Assembly: GCF_009914755.1 (NCBI RefSeq)
Contig: NC_060928.1
Length of the DNA stretch: 64,000 bases
Source of the DNA: the human T2T-CHM13v2.0 reference genome, Homo sapiens
Reading direction: 5' to 3' (one strand)
The translations under genes and the position numbers were made by a program. Under the pieces are notes generated by a model. It made no database searches, was not told the DNA's origin, and saw nothing but the letters and a program-made list of their open reading frames with translations. Position 1 is the stretch's first letter; each line of letters starts with the position of its first letter. Below are positions 30,441-45,566 of this stretch, in pieces.

Positions 30441-30579
30441 AAGGCAGATGAACATGGTTAATTTTATGACTATGTCCAAATACTCAACATCTACATACTT
30501 TTTCCTAAAATTGTTTGTCTAAGAAGATGTCTGTCATCAAGGGTACCCTTGCCTCTCTTTTTTCCTCACTCTCACCTTT

Positions 30580-31353
<774 letters not shown>

Positions 31354-32471
31354 GGGTCTATTTTCATAGTCTGCTTTCCAGATTTTTTTCCCCACCTTAA
31401 CAATATCTTACTGACTCCTAACTTATCCTAACTCCTATCACACATTGCCAAATCAAGAAGAAATCCAGCAATCCTTTGATCAAGGCACCATAATACATCC
31501 TCTCCTATCCCCTCATTAAGAGATAGGTTTCCAATAAATTGTACTTTTTAGGTGACAAGAAACAAGCTTTTTCCTGCTGCACAGCTTCAGTGGCTCTCTC
31601 CCTACTCCACCAGCTTCTAGCCAATGACAGCCTCACTGAGCTCCAAATATTTCCTTTTTCTAAGACGGTCATCCCACCTCTAGGAAGCCCCACTGTCACA
31701 TAGTCAAATAAGTGCTCCCTGTCTCCTCTTAGTGCCCCAGGTTTCCACAAGTAAGGTCCTGAACCTACACACCCCTCTCTGCGGGATGATGATTTGAGAG
31801 ATTCTGTGTGCTTTGCTGGTGTCTCTTTGATATAAGACTTCCAATAAACCTTCTTACTGCCCCTCTGTGTATCATCCATGGGGATTGTGCCAACTAATAG
31901 TCATATAAGAATGGTTTATCAAAATTTATAATGTATGCTGTTTTAATCAAATGTATATCACCAGTATTTAGAATAACAAGTAAATCCAAAAGAAATTGTT
32001 TTATACATGGGGTCAAAGGACATATATTTTATATGAAGAATGACTACCAATTGAATTACCAATTGAAGACATTCAATATAAATATATTACATTAGGATAA
32101 ACATCTATTGGAGACGTAGAATAGAAATGGAAGTTGAAAGAGAAAAAGGATGATGTGAAATTTCTAACTATTGGAGAGGAGCTTGTTTATTAATGTTTTA
32201 AATGGACGCTGGTGATGGATTCCAAATTACTGTGGTATCTGTATTTCCACTGGAGAGTGATAGAAAAGCTTCACTTTAAAATATAAATATTTACAATGTG
32301 CCATAAACAATATCCTTTGCTGCTGTTTAAATTTATGATGAAATATTTAAGATGTCAATTTTAAAATATTTGAGAGGGTACATCACTTTTCAGGAAGCTT
32401 TTAGAGGGACTGATTTTTAAATAATCCTAAAATATATCCTAGGCTGCATTATTTCTTATATTCCCAGCTAA

Positions 32472-32765
32472 TGCCTGTAATCCCAGCACTTTGGGAGGCC
32501 AAGGGAAGAGGATTGCTTGAGGTCAGGAGTTAGAGACCAACCTAGGCAACATAATGAGATCTCATGTCTACTGAGAAAAAAAAAAAAAAAAAAAAAACTT
32601 AGCCAAGTGTGTAGAGTGCCTATTGTCTCAGCTACTCAGGAGGCTAAAGTGAGAGGATCACTTAAGCCCAGGGGTTTGAGGCTGCATTGAGCTATGCTCA
32701 CACCACTGCACTCCAAGCTGGGCAACAAAATGCGATCCTGTTTCTAAAAATAAATAAATAATAAT
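32472..32765 (+). mobile_element. AluJ with expanded middle A-tract
   Basis: Alu consensus. Confidence 0.85.
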
Positions 32766-33269
32766 GATAACATATATTTGTAGACCAATTAACAGGGCAC
32801 TTTTACATACATTATCTAATTTGATCCCAACTGCAATCTTCAATTAAGAATGAAGTGCTTTCTGCAAAGTGCACAAATTCAATTCCAACTATGTGAAGAG
32901 ACATGGGTAGAATTTCCTAAATTGTTCCCAAAGATGAGCATAGTCTAAACCTAAAGAGTTATTTGGCATTATTTTCCAATTTAATAATGTCAGTATTCTT
33001 CATTCAAATATATTTTGTTCTTATGTTACAGAAAGTTTTTTAAAATATAAGAGTGATGGGGGGGTTGGTTTTATTGTTATATCATTAAAAATTTAGATCT
33101 GGAAAGCATGTTAATAAAACTATGTCAAGAAAAATCAAATCACTTGTCAAAGGTAGTGGCAGAACACAAGTTGGAAACTGGAAACTCTGATTCTCTGCTC
33201 AAAAATCAATCATTTAAGAAAGATTTTATCTTAGCTCGGACACATGGATGGACACTTTCTCTTTTTAAA

Positions 33270-34090
33270 AACATGTTTATTGAAATATAATTTACATACA
33301 CTCCTTTAATTACATAATTATATATCATTATATATTAATATATAATTTAAGTACACTACTTTACAGTATACAGTTCAGTGGTTTTTGATATATTACAGAC
33401 TTGTGAAACCATAATCATAACCCAATTTTAGAACATTACATCAACATCATCCCCCAAAGAAACCTTGGACCCACTGTCAGTCACTCTCCATTCCCCTTTC
33501 TCCTTACCACCTCCTTCCTTCCTCACTCCCACAATACCAGTAATCTACTTTCTGTCTCTAAATTCTTCTTTCTTCGAATATTTTATATCAATGAGAACAT
33601 ACACTATGTGGTCTTTCTTGACTGGCTTCTTTCACTTAGCATAATGTTTCTGAGGTTCATCCCTATTGTGGCATGTAACATGTATCAATAAAAAATTCCT
33701 CTTTATTGCTAAATAACATTCCATTTAACTAATGGCTATAGTACATTTTGTCTATTTATTCTCTAACTGATGGACATTTACATCATTTCTACTTTTTGGC
33801 TATTGTGAATAATGTTTCTTTGAACATTTGTGTACAAGTGTTTATGTGAGCATGTTTTCATTTCTCTTGGGTGGATATGTAGGAGTGGAGTTGCTGGGTC
33901 ATATATTTAACTCTGTTAACTTATGTAACTCTATGTTTAACATTATGAGGAACTGCCAAACTGTTTTCCAAAGTGGTTGTACAATTTTACCTTCCCACCA
34001 GCAATATGCAGGGGTCCCAATTTCTCCACATCCTCACCAACACTTGTTATGTCTGTCTTTTATATTATAGCCAACCTAGTGGGTGTGAAG
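33270..34090 (-). mobile_element. L1MB-like 3' fragment
   Basis: ttctttcacttagcataatgttt, actgccaaactgttttccaaagtgg. Confidence 0.8.
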
Positions 34091-34354
34091 AGTAGATTGA
34101 CTTAATCAAGATTCACCAAATAGTTGTGGAACTCCCCACTTCATTTCACCAAATAGATTCAAAATCAAAAACACAAACTTTATCATGAACATACAGAGTT
34201 ATCTAACAAATCGACAAAAGGTTTCTAATGTCTGATTGCAACTGTACTGTGTTAGGTACTAAAGAAATAAAAAAACCCACTTAACATTAACTGTATTTTC
34301 CACAGTTCACCCTTTATGCATTAGATAGAATACTAATTAATGAAATATGAATCC

Positions 34355-34725
34355 TGTTATAAACTGAATATATGTTCCCCCAAAACTCGTATGTTAAAAC
34401 CCTAAACTCTAATGTGATGGTATTTGCAGGTGGGACCTTTGGGAAAGTAATTAGGTTTAGATAAGGTCATGAGGGTGGGGCCCCCATCATGAGATTAGTG
34501 TCCTTATAAGAAGAGGAAGAGTACAGAGCTCTTTCCCTCTCTGCCATGTGAGGACACATTGAGAAGGCAGCCATCTGCAAGCCAGGAGGCAAGTCCTCAC
34601 CAGAACTCAACCATGCTGGCACCCTGATCTCAGACTCCCAGCCTCCAGAACTGTGAGAAATAAACATCTGTCATTGAAGCCACCCAGTCTATGGTATTTT
34701 ATTATTGCCGCCCCAGCTAACTAAT
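34355..34725 (+). mobile_element. MLT1A-like LTR
   Basis: Canonical MaLR motifs (cagcctccagaactgtgagaaataaa). Confidence 0.8.
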
Positions 34726-36769
34726 GCATAATGCACATCCTCATCTTTAAGGAATCCTCAAGGAATTTTTATTTTCTTATTAGGAGGAGATTAAATTTAA
34801 TAAAACAGATAACAATTACAGAACAGAATATGGAAAAGAGCTACAGAATTTGATATCATATGTATCAAAGTGATACAAATAAGCAGAAGGAGGTGGGATT
34901 CGTAGGAAGGACTGAGATTAACATTTATTGGGTATTTTTCTAGCTAGGAAACTGTTTTTTGGGGGGCCCATTGCTTCTTTTTAGGCTGCTAGAAAAGGAC
35001 AATGGGTGGGTGGATGGGTAGAACAAAAAGGCAAAAGGAACAAACAATGCCCACATATATGGAGGCAATAGACTAAATATTAATATTTTCTGTCTCCAGG
35101 AGGTCACTCATTCATATTTAGATTCTTATTTTCATGGGATCATGTCTGGTAAATTGGACTATTCATCTGCTTTGGCAAGCCTGGTGCATTCCTGGGATGC
35201 CACAAACATGCCTTCCTGATATTCATGGAGCCGTTTTCTGGTCCAGACGTCACAGGAGAGCCTTGTGGTTCTAGCAAGTTATTTCCTTGTTCTAAGACTG
35301 TGCTGTTGCAGAGATGCTAGCAGCCCTACATCCCTCTCTGACCCTGTGTGGAATCAGAGCAGGCCCACAAAGCCCATCTTGGTGTTTTAAGAACTGTGTC
35401 TCATACACAGCTCCTCAAGCAAGCTGTCAACTTACCTTATCTCTAGGTAGCTCACTGAATACAGATGGTGTCACCCCAGAACAGCCACTGACATGTCACA
35501 TATCTGAAGGCATCTTCTTTGTTGCTTATTTCTCGCCCCTCCTTGGAAATGGGCTTGCGTTGTTCCCTTTGCCTTTTTGTTCTACCACCCACCCACAAGC
35601 ATTCTCTCTTGGCAGCTTGAAAAGCCCTGGCACTCTGAATGTAACTACCAATGGGTGCTCTTCGCCAAGTGGGTTCTGACATCATGTTCTGTTGCCAACA
35701 GCCCTGCCTCACTCCAGCTGTTCTGCCTACTTCTTTCCGAGCAGTGTGACACCCACAGAGAAGGGTGGGGTAGAGCTCAGCCTGACAGAGCATCTCTATT
35801 TCTGCCCCTGGGCTCTGCTGGAGGCTCTTCAATATTGGACATGCACAACAAAATATGTACACATGACTGTGCACTGAGCACAGGGCTTTTGCAGAGTGTG
35901 GGCTAATCAAATGATCAGTTTGTTTTGTGGCTTGGGACAGAATGAAATCTTGTTAACTGGTGTCACAACAAGACAAAATAGACATCAAAGCCTGAGGGGT
36001 ATGGCCACAGGGTGAAGCTACCTACTCCAGTCCACAGGGTTGCTTTTGCAGAGTTCACCTGGACATGAGCCAGATGCTTGAGCCTCCCCCCTTGTACATG
36101 GTGCTAGGCAAACCTTGTATTTCTTCCCAACTTTTAGCTATGAAACATAAAGCATCTCCATAAAATTAAGGGAGAAAAGTCCTACCACTCTAATATCTTC
36201 ACTGGTTTAAATTTCATGTAATTACTTTGAGTTCTAACTGCTATGAATTTATTTTTACACAATGTTAATCAACCAGCATGTATTTCCTTCAGGGTAAAGC
36301 TCAAAGTGTTGCCATCTAAAGCCACTCCATCAACAAATATGCACTGATCACCTTCTCTATGAAAAGCAGAGTTTTAAATTGGCTTCCCAAAGCCTGATTA
36401 CCAAAACATTGACTAATCTCCTAAAGAAAAATTGAGTGCACTGAGAAGCTTGTGAAATATATTTTGGATGGCTAGATATGTTGTGAGGTTTTTTTGGATT
36501 CTGTAAAATTTTCCAATTCTGAACAAATGTCTTTATGCATCTTAAATCACTAGCCTGGCTCAATCGTAGTTGGTTCTTTGCCTCACCTCAGCTGACTTTG
36601 GTGTCCTTCACATTATTGCAGATGACTGAAACACCATCTATCCTTCTCGAGGCTTTGAAACTATTTTAAAGAAAAGAAGGTAGTTTCATTGAAATGTTCC
36701 ACATTTCATTTATATAATGTCAACTAAAGGTTCTGTAGAGTAATTAATCCTGTTTAACAGTTTTCTCTA

Positions 36770-37060
36770 GCCAGGTGCCATGGCTCACACCTGAGTAATC
36801 CCAGCACTTTGGGAGGCCCAGGCAGGAAGATTGCTTGAGCTCAGGAGACCAGCCTGGACAACATAGGAACACCTTGTCTGTACAGAAAATTTTAAAAATT
36901 AGTGGGGCATGGTGGTGCACCCCTGTAGTCCAAGCTACTCAAGAGGCTGAAGTGGGAGGATCGCTGGAGCCCAGGAGGTCAAGGCTGCATGCAGTGAGTC
37001 GTGATTGCACCACTGCACTCCAGCCTGGGTAGAGTGAGACCCTATCTGGAAAAAAAAAAA
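36770..37060 (+). mobile_element. AluJ
   Basis: Alu consensus. Confidence 0.85.
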
Positions 37061-37519
37061 TTGAAAACAATTTTCCCATAACAAAGATGTATATTTATTT
37101 TAAATACAATATTTTCTAATTTAATGATTTAATGTATTTATTTGTTAGTTTCAGAGAACCTGAAGGCTTACACTGGAAGTCTGTTATAATCACGTTGGTC
37201 TTACCTATATGCGACATATGACTAGTAGTCTATCTTGTTAGATGTCCTAAACATGCATAGCTTCCCCACTAAAGAAGAGAAAGCATCAAACTAATAAATG
37301 CCTGACTTTGGCAAGTTACCTTATTTATCTAAGCATCAGAATCCTCATCTAGTTCTGGTTGTTGGGAAAATTAAATGTATGGGAGTTGCTTTGAACAGTG
37401 CCTGGAACATGGAAAGAATGCAAAGGTGGCTATGAAGATTACTCTTGCTAGGCAGTACCATTTAGGCTTGTGGCTCCAGGTAAACATGTTTCCATCTTCA
37501 TCCTTTTCCCACTCTTCTC

Positions 37520-38970
37520 TCATTCATTCAATCATTCATTCACTCATTCAATATTTACTAAGCTCCTTCCATATTTGAGGCCCAGGCAGTGTGGATTAAA
37601 AAGTGACTACAACAGAACTTAATGGGAGACACAGCCAGGCAAACAGACCACTTTAATCCATGCCATAAATGCAAAGATGGAGGAAGTATCAAATCTTCAG
37701 GAGCACAGAGCGGGGGTTTAACCGGGTCTGTGGTTTCAGGAAAGGCTTTTTGCTTTCTCTGAGATGCAACCTGAAGAATGCTTAGGAGTTTGCCAGCATA
37801 AAATGTCAGGGAAAGTCTTTCAGGCAGGTAACCCCAACGCAAATGGCTGAAGTTAAGAGAGAACTTGGTACTTCTGAGTAATTTAAAATAATTCAGTAAA
37901 GTTTAAGATTAGATGAACAGGAAAGTTTTTAAAGATGGGTCTGAGGAAACAGACAGGAACTAGATGAGAAAAGGCATTGTAAACCATGGCACAGGGTTTG
38001 GAATGTATCTTAAAAGCAATGGGAAGCCATGGGAGGGCTATATGTAAAGCAGCATTGTTAGATTTGTGTTTTGTTTTCTTTTTGGGGTATGAAGTCTCAC
38101 TCTGTTGCCGAGGCTGGAGTGCAGTGGTGCAATCACAGCTCACTGCAGCCTCAGACTCCAGGCTCAAGTGATTCTCCCACCTGTCTCCCCAGTGGATGGG
38201 ACTGCAGACACAAGCTACCATACCTTGTGTTTTAGAAGCATCATACAAGATGTGGAAAATGAACTGTTCGAGGGCAACACTGGAGGCTAGGCAGTTAAGT
38301 CGGAGGCTGATACAATAATTTAGGAAAAAGATGATAGTGACCTGAGTTATGGTAGTGACAATGAAATTGGATAAAACATATGGGTTAAGTGTTTAGTAGG
38401 TGGACTCAGCTGGACTTGGTGATTTATGAGAAGGAGTGGGTGTGGTGACGGAGGAATCAAGAATGATACTCTGGTTTACTGGCTACTGGGGTATTGCCAT
38501 TCACTCAAGGGAACACAAGGAAGAACAAGTTTAGAAGAAAGATAGAGTTCGGCTGTGGACACAGTGAATTTGAAATGTCCCTGGAACATCTGGAGACACT
38601 GAGAGCCCAGAGAAGAGGTCTGGGCTGGTACAATAGATTTAGATGTCATCAGCATATTGCTGGTAATTGAAACCATGGAAGTGGAAAACTAAAGAGAGTG
38701 TATAAAAGGAGACATTTTCTAGGACAGAATCCCATGAAACACTGGCACTTAAGAGATGAACTGAAAAAGAGGAATCCCCAAAAGGAACTGAAAAGGAATA
38801 TCCAAAGAGGTAGAAAAAACAGAAGTATAACAAGTCACTGAAGTCAAGAGGAAAAGGTACTTTGAGAAGAACACTAAAGTCAAGAAAAAACAGTATTTCA
38901 AGAAGACAGATGATATTAAATGATACAGAAAATTAAGAGACTCAATATTTATTAGTTTTAACAAGGAGAT
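37520..38970 (-). mobile_element. L2 remnant with Alu fragment (38080-38225)
   Basis: cattcattcaa..atttacta start; purine-rich L2-like text. Confidence 0.55.
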
Positions 38971-39344
38971 GTAGGTCTATCTAGATTCCACAAACACACA
39001 CAGAGACACTTACACATACATACACATACTCACACACTTTAAACCCTCAGATAAGAGGCTAATGTTCCCCTAAGAGACAACAAGGTCTGGTCTCGCTTGT
39101 TTTTTTCTCCTACCACCTCCATCTTTTGCAGTTTCTTTGTGACTCATCTGTAGCCCTCAGCATACCAAAAGCAAAAAGAGAAAAGAAACAAGGGGTAGGG
39201 TACAACTCGAAAGTTCTGTGACCAAAACTGAATCCATCTCAGTAGTACCCTGATTCTAGCTGGGGCTTTTTGTTTTGGGTTTGGGGGGGGGGGTTGTTTG
39301 TTTGTTTGTTTGTTTTGGTTTTTCTTATTATTGTTGTTGGTTTT

Positions 39345-39633
39345 GATGCAATCATGGCTTCCTGCAGCCTCAAACTCCTGGGCTCAAGGGATCCCCCCCA
39401 CCTCAGCCTCCAAAATAGGTAGGACCACAGGTGCATGCCACCACACCAGGCCTGTCTTCCTTCCTTCTTTTCTTCCTTCCTTCCTTCCTTCCTTCCCTCC
39501 TTTCAGTTTTTTTTGGTAAAGACAAGGTCTTGCTATGTTGTCCAGGGTGGTCTCCAATTCCTGGGCTCAGGCCATCCTCCCCCGTCAGCCTCCCACAGTG
39601 CTGAGATTACATGTGTGAGCCACTGCATCTGGC
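39345..39633 (-). mobile_element. AluJ with (CCTT)n in the linker
   Basis: Alu consensus. Confidence 0.75.
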
Positions 39634-40479
39634 AAATTCTAGCTGTTGAACTGAAACTTCCCAACAGAAGCAAGTTATCATTATTTTAAAAGTAAACTGC
39701 AGAGATAAAATGCTAACTTGACCACTGAAGTCATGAAGTTTAATTCTCATCTCCTAAGAATTCAATTGACTCCTAGAAATTTTAAGAAGGGAGATCATGG
39801 ACTATACATTTCAACATTTCAGAACTTTTACTACCAACTTTTGACTCAGGCAATACCATCTAGATAAAACAATAACAACAACAAAAGTACACATAGCTCA
39901 ATTTCTTTGCTATGTTTAAATGATCACAAATTATTTATTAAAGAAAAAATGCAGTAGGAAAAGCTTGCCACAAAGAAAATGACTGACTTATTCTCAAAGT
40001 CCAAGTATAACTCTGAGAAATTCAAATGTATGAAAGACATAATTTCAAGGGGTTAGATATATGAACATTTTTACATTTTCATTTTTTAAACTCCTTTAAA
40101 ACATATGGTTTAGTTAAATAGGATTTATTTGCAGGGCAGAAGAATGTCACATTATATGACTCACATCCTACCTAAATTTTCCTGTTGGAGCTTTTCCTCT
40201 GACAGATGAGTAATCTCATTTTATGTTGGATCAGACCCACAATTTGATACGGAGTTATGGCCTGAAATAGGAGCCAGTTGCTAGCTGTAGAATTCAAATG
40301 CTCTCCAAGTACAATATAGTTATCTCATTGCTTTAATAAAAAATTAACATTATGTGGGAAATTTCTGATGGTCTTCATCACTAACGAAGTATACCCAATT
40401 TTGATCCTGAAGAGAACCAGAAGTTCCCCTAAATTCCAAAAAATGCAAAGAAGGCAAATACTGTACACTAAATAGAATG

Positions 40480-40745
40480 AAGAGAGATCCTGCATTCAGC
40501 AAAACAGCTGATGCCAATCAGATTAAAGACCCGCACAGAGTAACAGAATCAACATGAGACTAAGCTTCTTCATCTCCCTGCCCCATGTCTCCACCATGAA
40601 CTCTTCAACCAATCAATGATCTCTTCACTTCCGCCCACTCTCAAACCTTTAAAAACCCAAGCCCAAACTCACTAAGGGGATGGATGTGAGGTTTCCTCCT
40701 ATCTCCTAGTTGGGCCAGCCCAATGATTAAACCTCTTTCTTTGCA
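40480..40745 (+). mobile_element. ERV1 (MER4-group-like) LTR fragment
   Basis: aaccaatca, tttaaaaaccc, gaggtttcctcc, attaaacctctttc. Confidence 0.45.
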
Positions 40746-41450
40746 AACAAAAACAAAAAATAGTCAAGTGAGGCTGTTAAAGAAAGAAAGAAAGACAGAA
40801 AGAAAAAGAATGAAGAGCTTTATACTGATTGCAGACAAAATTCTAAAACAGGTGATCAGATAGTCTGTAATCATTTAGAAATGTAAGAGGTGACGATTAG
40901 GCATCAGCATGGGCTCAGCACAATCGAATTTTACTAGAGAATATAATGGTCCTATCAAAATAGGGTTATTTTTGGAAAATAGATTTGCCAAGCTGCTATC
41001 ATACACACCAGAGAGCCTAAAAAGATGAAAACTTGAGTTATTTAGCCATAACAGAGTATACAAATATTCTATTGGCTATGTTATAATTTACTATGACTTT
41101 GCAAAGTCACTCATTCAACATATATTTATTGAGGGCTTGCCTCATGTCTCACACTGTGCTGAGTGCTTATCTATGAGGTAGAAATTGTTATCATCAAGAG
41201 GCAGCAGCATGTGACTTAAGCACACAGACTTGGAACCAGATAGCCTGCATTCAGATCCTGACCTTGTCACTTAAATGGCCATGTGACCTTGAGAAAGTAA
41301 TTTAATCTCTGCCTCATTTTGCTCATCTGTAAAGTGGAGTGTAAGGGAATTGTGAAGATTAAATTAATAAATGCAAACATCTTAGTACAGTGTCTGGCAT
41401 GTAATAATTGTTCTATGAGCATCAGCTGTAACAATTCCATTTTCGGGAGG

Positions 41451-41790
41451 TGCTATTGACAATGTTTGTGTTTCTCTCAAAATAATCCCCTAATAATCCC
41501 AATGTTTGTGTTTCTCTCAAAATAATCCCCTAATAATCCCCAATATGATGGTATTTGGAGGTGGTGCATTTAGGAAGTAATTAGGTCTTAGGGGTACCCT
41601 TCTAAAAAGAGACACAAGAGCGAGGCTGTCTCTTCACCGTCTGAGAATATAGCAAGAAAGTTGCCCTCCGCAAACCAGTGCCTTGATCTTGGACTTTCCA
41701 GCTACCACAACTATGAGAAATAAATTTTTGTTGCATAAGCCACCCACTTTGTGGTATTTTATTATATAGCAGCACGAGCTGCTTAAGACA
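41451..41790 (+). mobile_element. MLT1A-like LTR with a perfect 40-bp tandem duplication
   Basis: MaLR motifs; 41461-41500 identical to 41501-41540. Confidence 0.7.
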
Positions 41791-42123
41791 AGAGGTAAGT
41801 AAGATCATGTGTCGAAGACATCACAGTTTCCCCAGCAAAGATCTAAGCCCAAGGCTGTCTGATGCCAAAGCCCATGCCCTGAACCACATCAGAAATGGCA
41901 TTTAAAAAGTGTGACATTTTTGGCTTTCAAAAAAACATTTGACATCCACTTCTTTATACTTTTACTTTAATAATGTATCCAGATATGCAAAAGACCTAAT
42001 GTGTCTGGGAAGCTATTTCTGGGTCTATATGCCGAAACTTTCCTAGAGGCCAGGAAAGTTACTTAGAACATTGGGCTTGCAACTTTGAAGGCTATACCTC
42101 TCCTATTTTAAAAGGTACATCAT

Positions 42124-42372
42124 GGCCAGGTGCAGTGGCTCTCACCTGTAATCCCAGCACTTTGGGAGGCCAAGGCAGGCAGATCACCTGAGGTCGGGAG
42201 TTAGAGACCAGCCTGACCAATATGGAGAAACCCCATCTCTAGTAAAAATACAAAATTAGCTGGGCATGGTGGTGCATGCCTGTAATCCCAGCTATTCGGG
42301 AGGCTGAGCAGGAGAATAGCTTGAACCTCCCAGAGTTCTGTAATTATAGGCATGAGCCACTGTGCCCGGGCC
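42124..42372. mobile_element. Fused inverted Alu fragments
   Basis: Plus AluS up to ttgaacc joined to a minus Alu 5' end. Confidence 0.85.
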
Positions 42373-42765
42373 ATTTACTTAATTATTGACTCCTCACATT
42401 TTCAGGTTTCCTCAAATGCCCCCTCATCAAAGAGGCCTCTCTCCTGATTACATTACTTCACAGTAACTTCTTGGCCACTCTCTCTCACCGGGCTTTACTT
42501 TTCTTTGTATCACCTCTCATTACCAGGCACTACTGATAGTTTGTTTATTACTTTTTGGTCTACCTGTCTCTATAATATAGGCTCCAAGTGACCTGTTCTA
42601 TTTTGTTTACATTATCCCAGTGCTTAAAATAGAGCCTGGCACATAGTAGGTTCGCAAAGAATACTTATATAAATGACTGAATTCTTATAAATTTTTACTT
42701 CTTACAAACCTAATTTTTATTAGTAATACTAGAAACAAAAATTAAGGGAAACTCCCATTCTCAAA

Positions 42766-43060
42766 CTTTTTTTTTTTTGAGAAAGGGTCTCACTCCGTCA
42801 CCCAGGCTGGAATGCAGCGGCATGGTCACGGCTCACTGCAGCTTCAACCTCCCAGGCTCAGGTGATCCTCCCACCTCAATCTCCCAAGTAACTGGGACTA
42901 TAGGTGTGTGCCACCACACCCGGCCAATTTTTGTATTTTTTGTGGGGACAGGGTTTTGCCATGTTGCCCAAGCTGGTCTTGAACTCCTGGGCTCAAGCAA
43001 TCCTCTTGCCTCAGCCTCATGAGTAGCTGGGATTATAAGTGCACACCACCATACTTGGTG
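42766..43060 (-). mobile_element. AluJ
   Basis: Alu consensus. Confidence 0.85.
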
Positions 43061-43204
43061 TTAGCAACATCTTGATAACCTCAAATGTTGAAAAAAAAAA
43101 AAGGCAAATGGGGATTTTATTTATACTATCATCAAGGTGAGAGTAGTCTAGTGAATTACGAGATTCATAAGTAATGCTCACCTGAGAAGAGTTTGTGCTC
43201 AAAG

Positions 43205-43730
43205 TTGCATTAGTCATCTTTTGCTTCTTAGCAGCCTAAAGCAGCATACACTTATTATCTCATGGTTTCTGTGAGTCAGGAACCCAGGCATACATTAACA
43301 GGGTTTGCTTAAGGGTCCCTCTTAAAGCTACAATCAAGATGTCAGCGAGGGCTAAAGTCTCATCTAAAAGCTCAGCATAGGAAGCTCAACAAGCTCACTT
43401 CTGTGACTGTTGTCAGGCTTCAATTCCCTTTGAGATATAGATTTAGGTCCCAAATATTTACCTGGCAACTGGCTGCAGAACACCCTCAGTTCCTTGTCAT
43501 GTGGGCCCCCTGACATGGAAACTTGCTTTATCAAATCCAGCAAGAGAGGGAGTCCGCTAGCATGATCGAAGTTATATTTTCTTATAATCCAATAACAGAA
43601 GTGTCATCCCCTTAATGTTGAGGTATTCTGTTGATTACAAGTAAGTCATTCAAGGGGAGGGGATCACATAAGGCCCTAAATATCAGGAGGTATGAATCAC
43701 TGGGGGCCATCTTAGGGGCCTGTTACCACT
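43205..43730 (-). mobile_element. MLT1-type LTR
   Basis: ttattatctcatggtttctgtgagtcagga...tcactgggggccatcttag. Confidence 0.65.
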
Positions 43731-45226
43731 GAAATACTATCTCAAAATAATATTATATTGCTTGCTAGAGAAATGTACGCTTCAGCCAGGCACAGTAGCT
43801 CACACCTGTAATCCCAGTAACTCAGGAGGCCGAGCTGAGATGATCACTTGAGGCCAGGAGTTAAACTAACCTGGGCAACATAGTGAGACCCATGTCTAAA
43901 AAAAAAAAGATAAAGAAAAGAAACGTGCCTACATGATACCACAGTCCAGCCTAGGCTGTCCATGGTCACCTCATGGGAGAGTCAGCATCGTCTGGTGTTC
44001 TCCCATTTCTGCTGAAGCTGCTGCCTCTGAAACAGCCTAAGCCTTCCTTGTTAGACAACTTTAGGAAGAAGCAAGCAGGGTAAGAGCGAAGAGATACAAA
44101 ATAGAAACTTTTCCTCTTAAGTCATTTATTTGAATAAGGAGTTGATCAATGGTATGGGTACAGCATCCCTGGGAGTTGGGCTAATGGACAGCGGCCAACA
44201 TAGTACAAATAACGTATTCTGTAAGAGCCTATCCATCAAGAACCAGGGCCACTTTTGCATGTAGAACTCCTCCTATTGCTTGTGATAAAAGCTCAATATC
44301 AACCTCACTCTTGCCTGTATGCTAGCTTTGGAATTGTAGTCAGACTTCATATGTCTCTTTGCATTAATGAGCCCTACTTCATCATTATACTTCTAATTGT
44401 GTGTCAAGTTAAAGCATGAGAAATTGAGTTTGGATAATCTAATAATAGCAGCTTTATTCTCTATATGGATATCAGATGGCAAAGTAATTAAATGAGGAAA
44501 GTTAAGATCCTCACAGAGAGAAAGGCAATAACCTGGTTTGGTGTTAAGAGTGAAGAGAATACACTTGCCATAGAAATGAATTCCCATTTACAAGAAGCAG
44601 CACAGAGTACAGTCTCTGGAGTCAGGCTGTCTGGGTATGAATCCTAGTTCTGTGGCTTACTAGCTGTGCAAACTTGGACAGATTACTCAATCTGTCTGTA
44701 CCTTGTAACATAGGCATCTGTAAAAGACAGATAACGAATACTGGTTCACTGTAACAGATGGACCACACTGATGAGGGCTGTTGATGGGTGGACGAGGTTG
44801 TGTATGTGGGGGAAAAGTGTATGGAGACTTCGTGTACTTTCCGCTCAATTTTTCTCTTAACCTGAAATTGTTCTTAAAATTGTCTATGAGTTTATAAAAT
44901 CATGATGTTAAAATATGCCTCAAGATTAGATTGTCACTGAAAGCACTCCTTCCACAAAGTGAGTGAACAGCAAGTTAGCAAACATTGTAGGGAAGTACCT
45001 CCTATTGAACTTTGCTGGCACCAATCACACTGCCTAGCACATAGCAGGAATTCCACCTAACTCTGGAAATCTGTAAGCAGGCAGTTAGCACTGCCTTATG
45101 GGAACAGGGGAGTGGAGGACACCTCCCCTCACATTTTGCACAAAACAGACAGGGAATCCTAGAGCTAGATAAGATTGGATATATATCTCTCTCCTAGAAA
45201 TTTAGATCAGGGCTTCTCCAACTTTA

Positions 45227-45565
<339 letters not shown>

Positions 45566-45566
45566 A

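Noticed and set aside
35452-35910. 152-aa minus-strand ORF near a gtaagt donor at ~35435
   Set aside because: Non-ATG start, no recognisable domain, stops before the donor, no partner exons found
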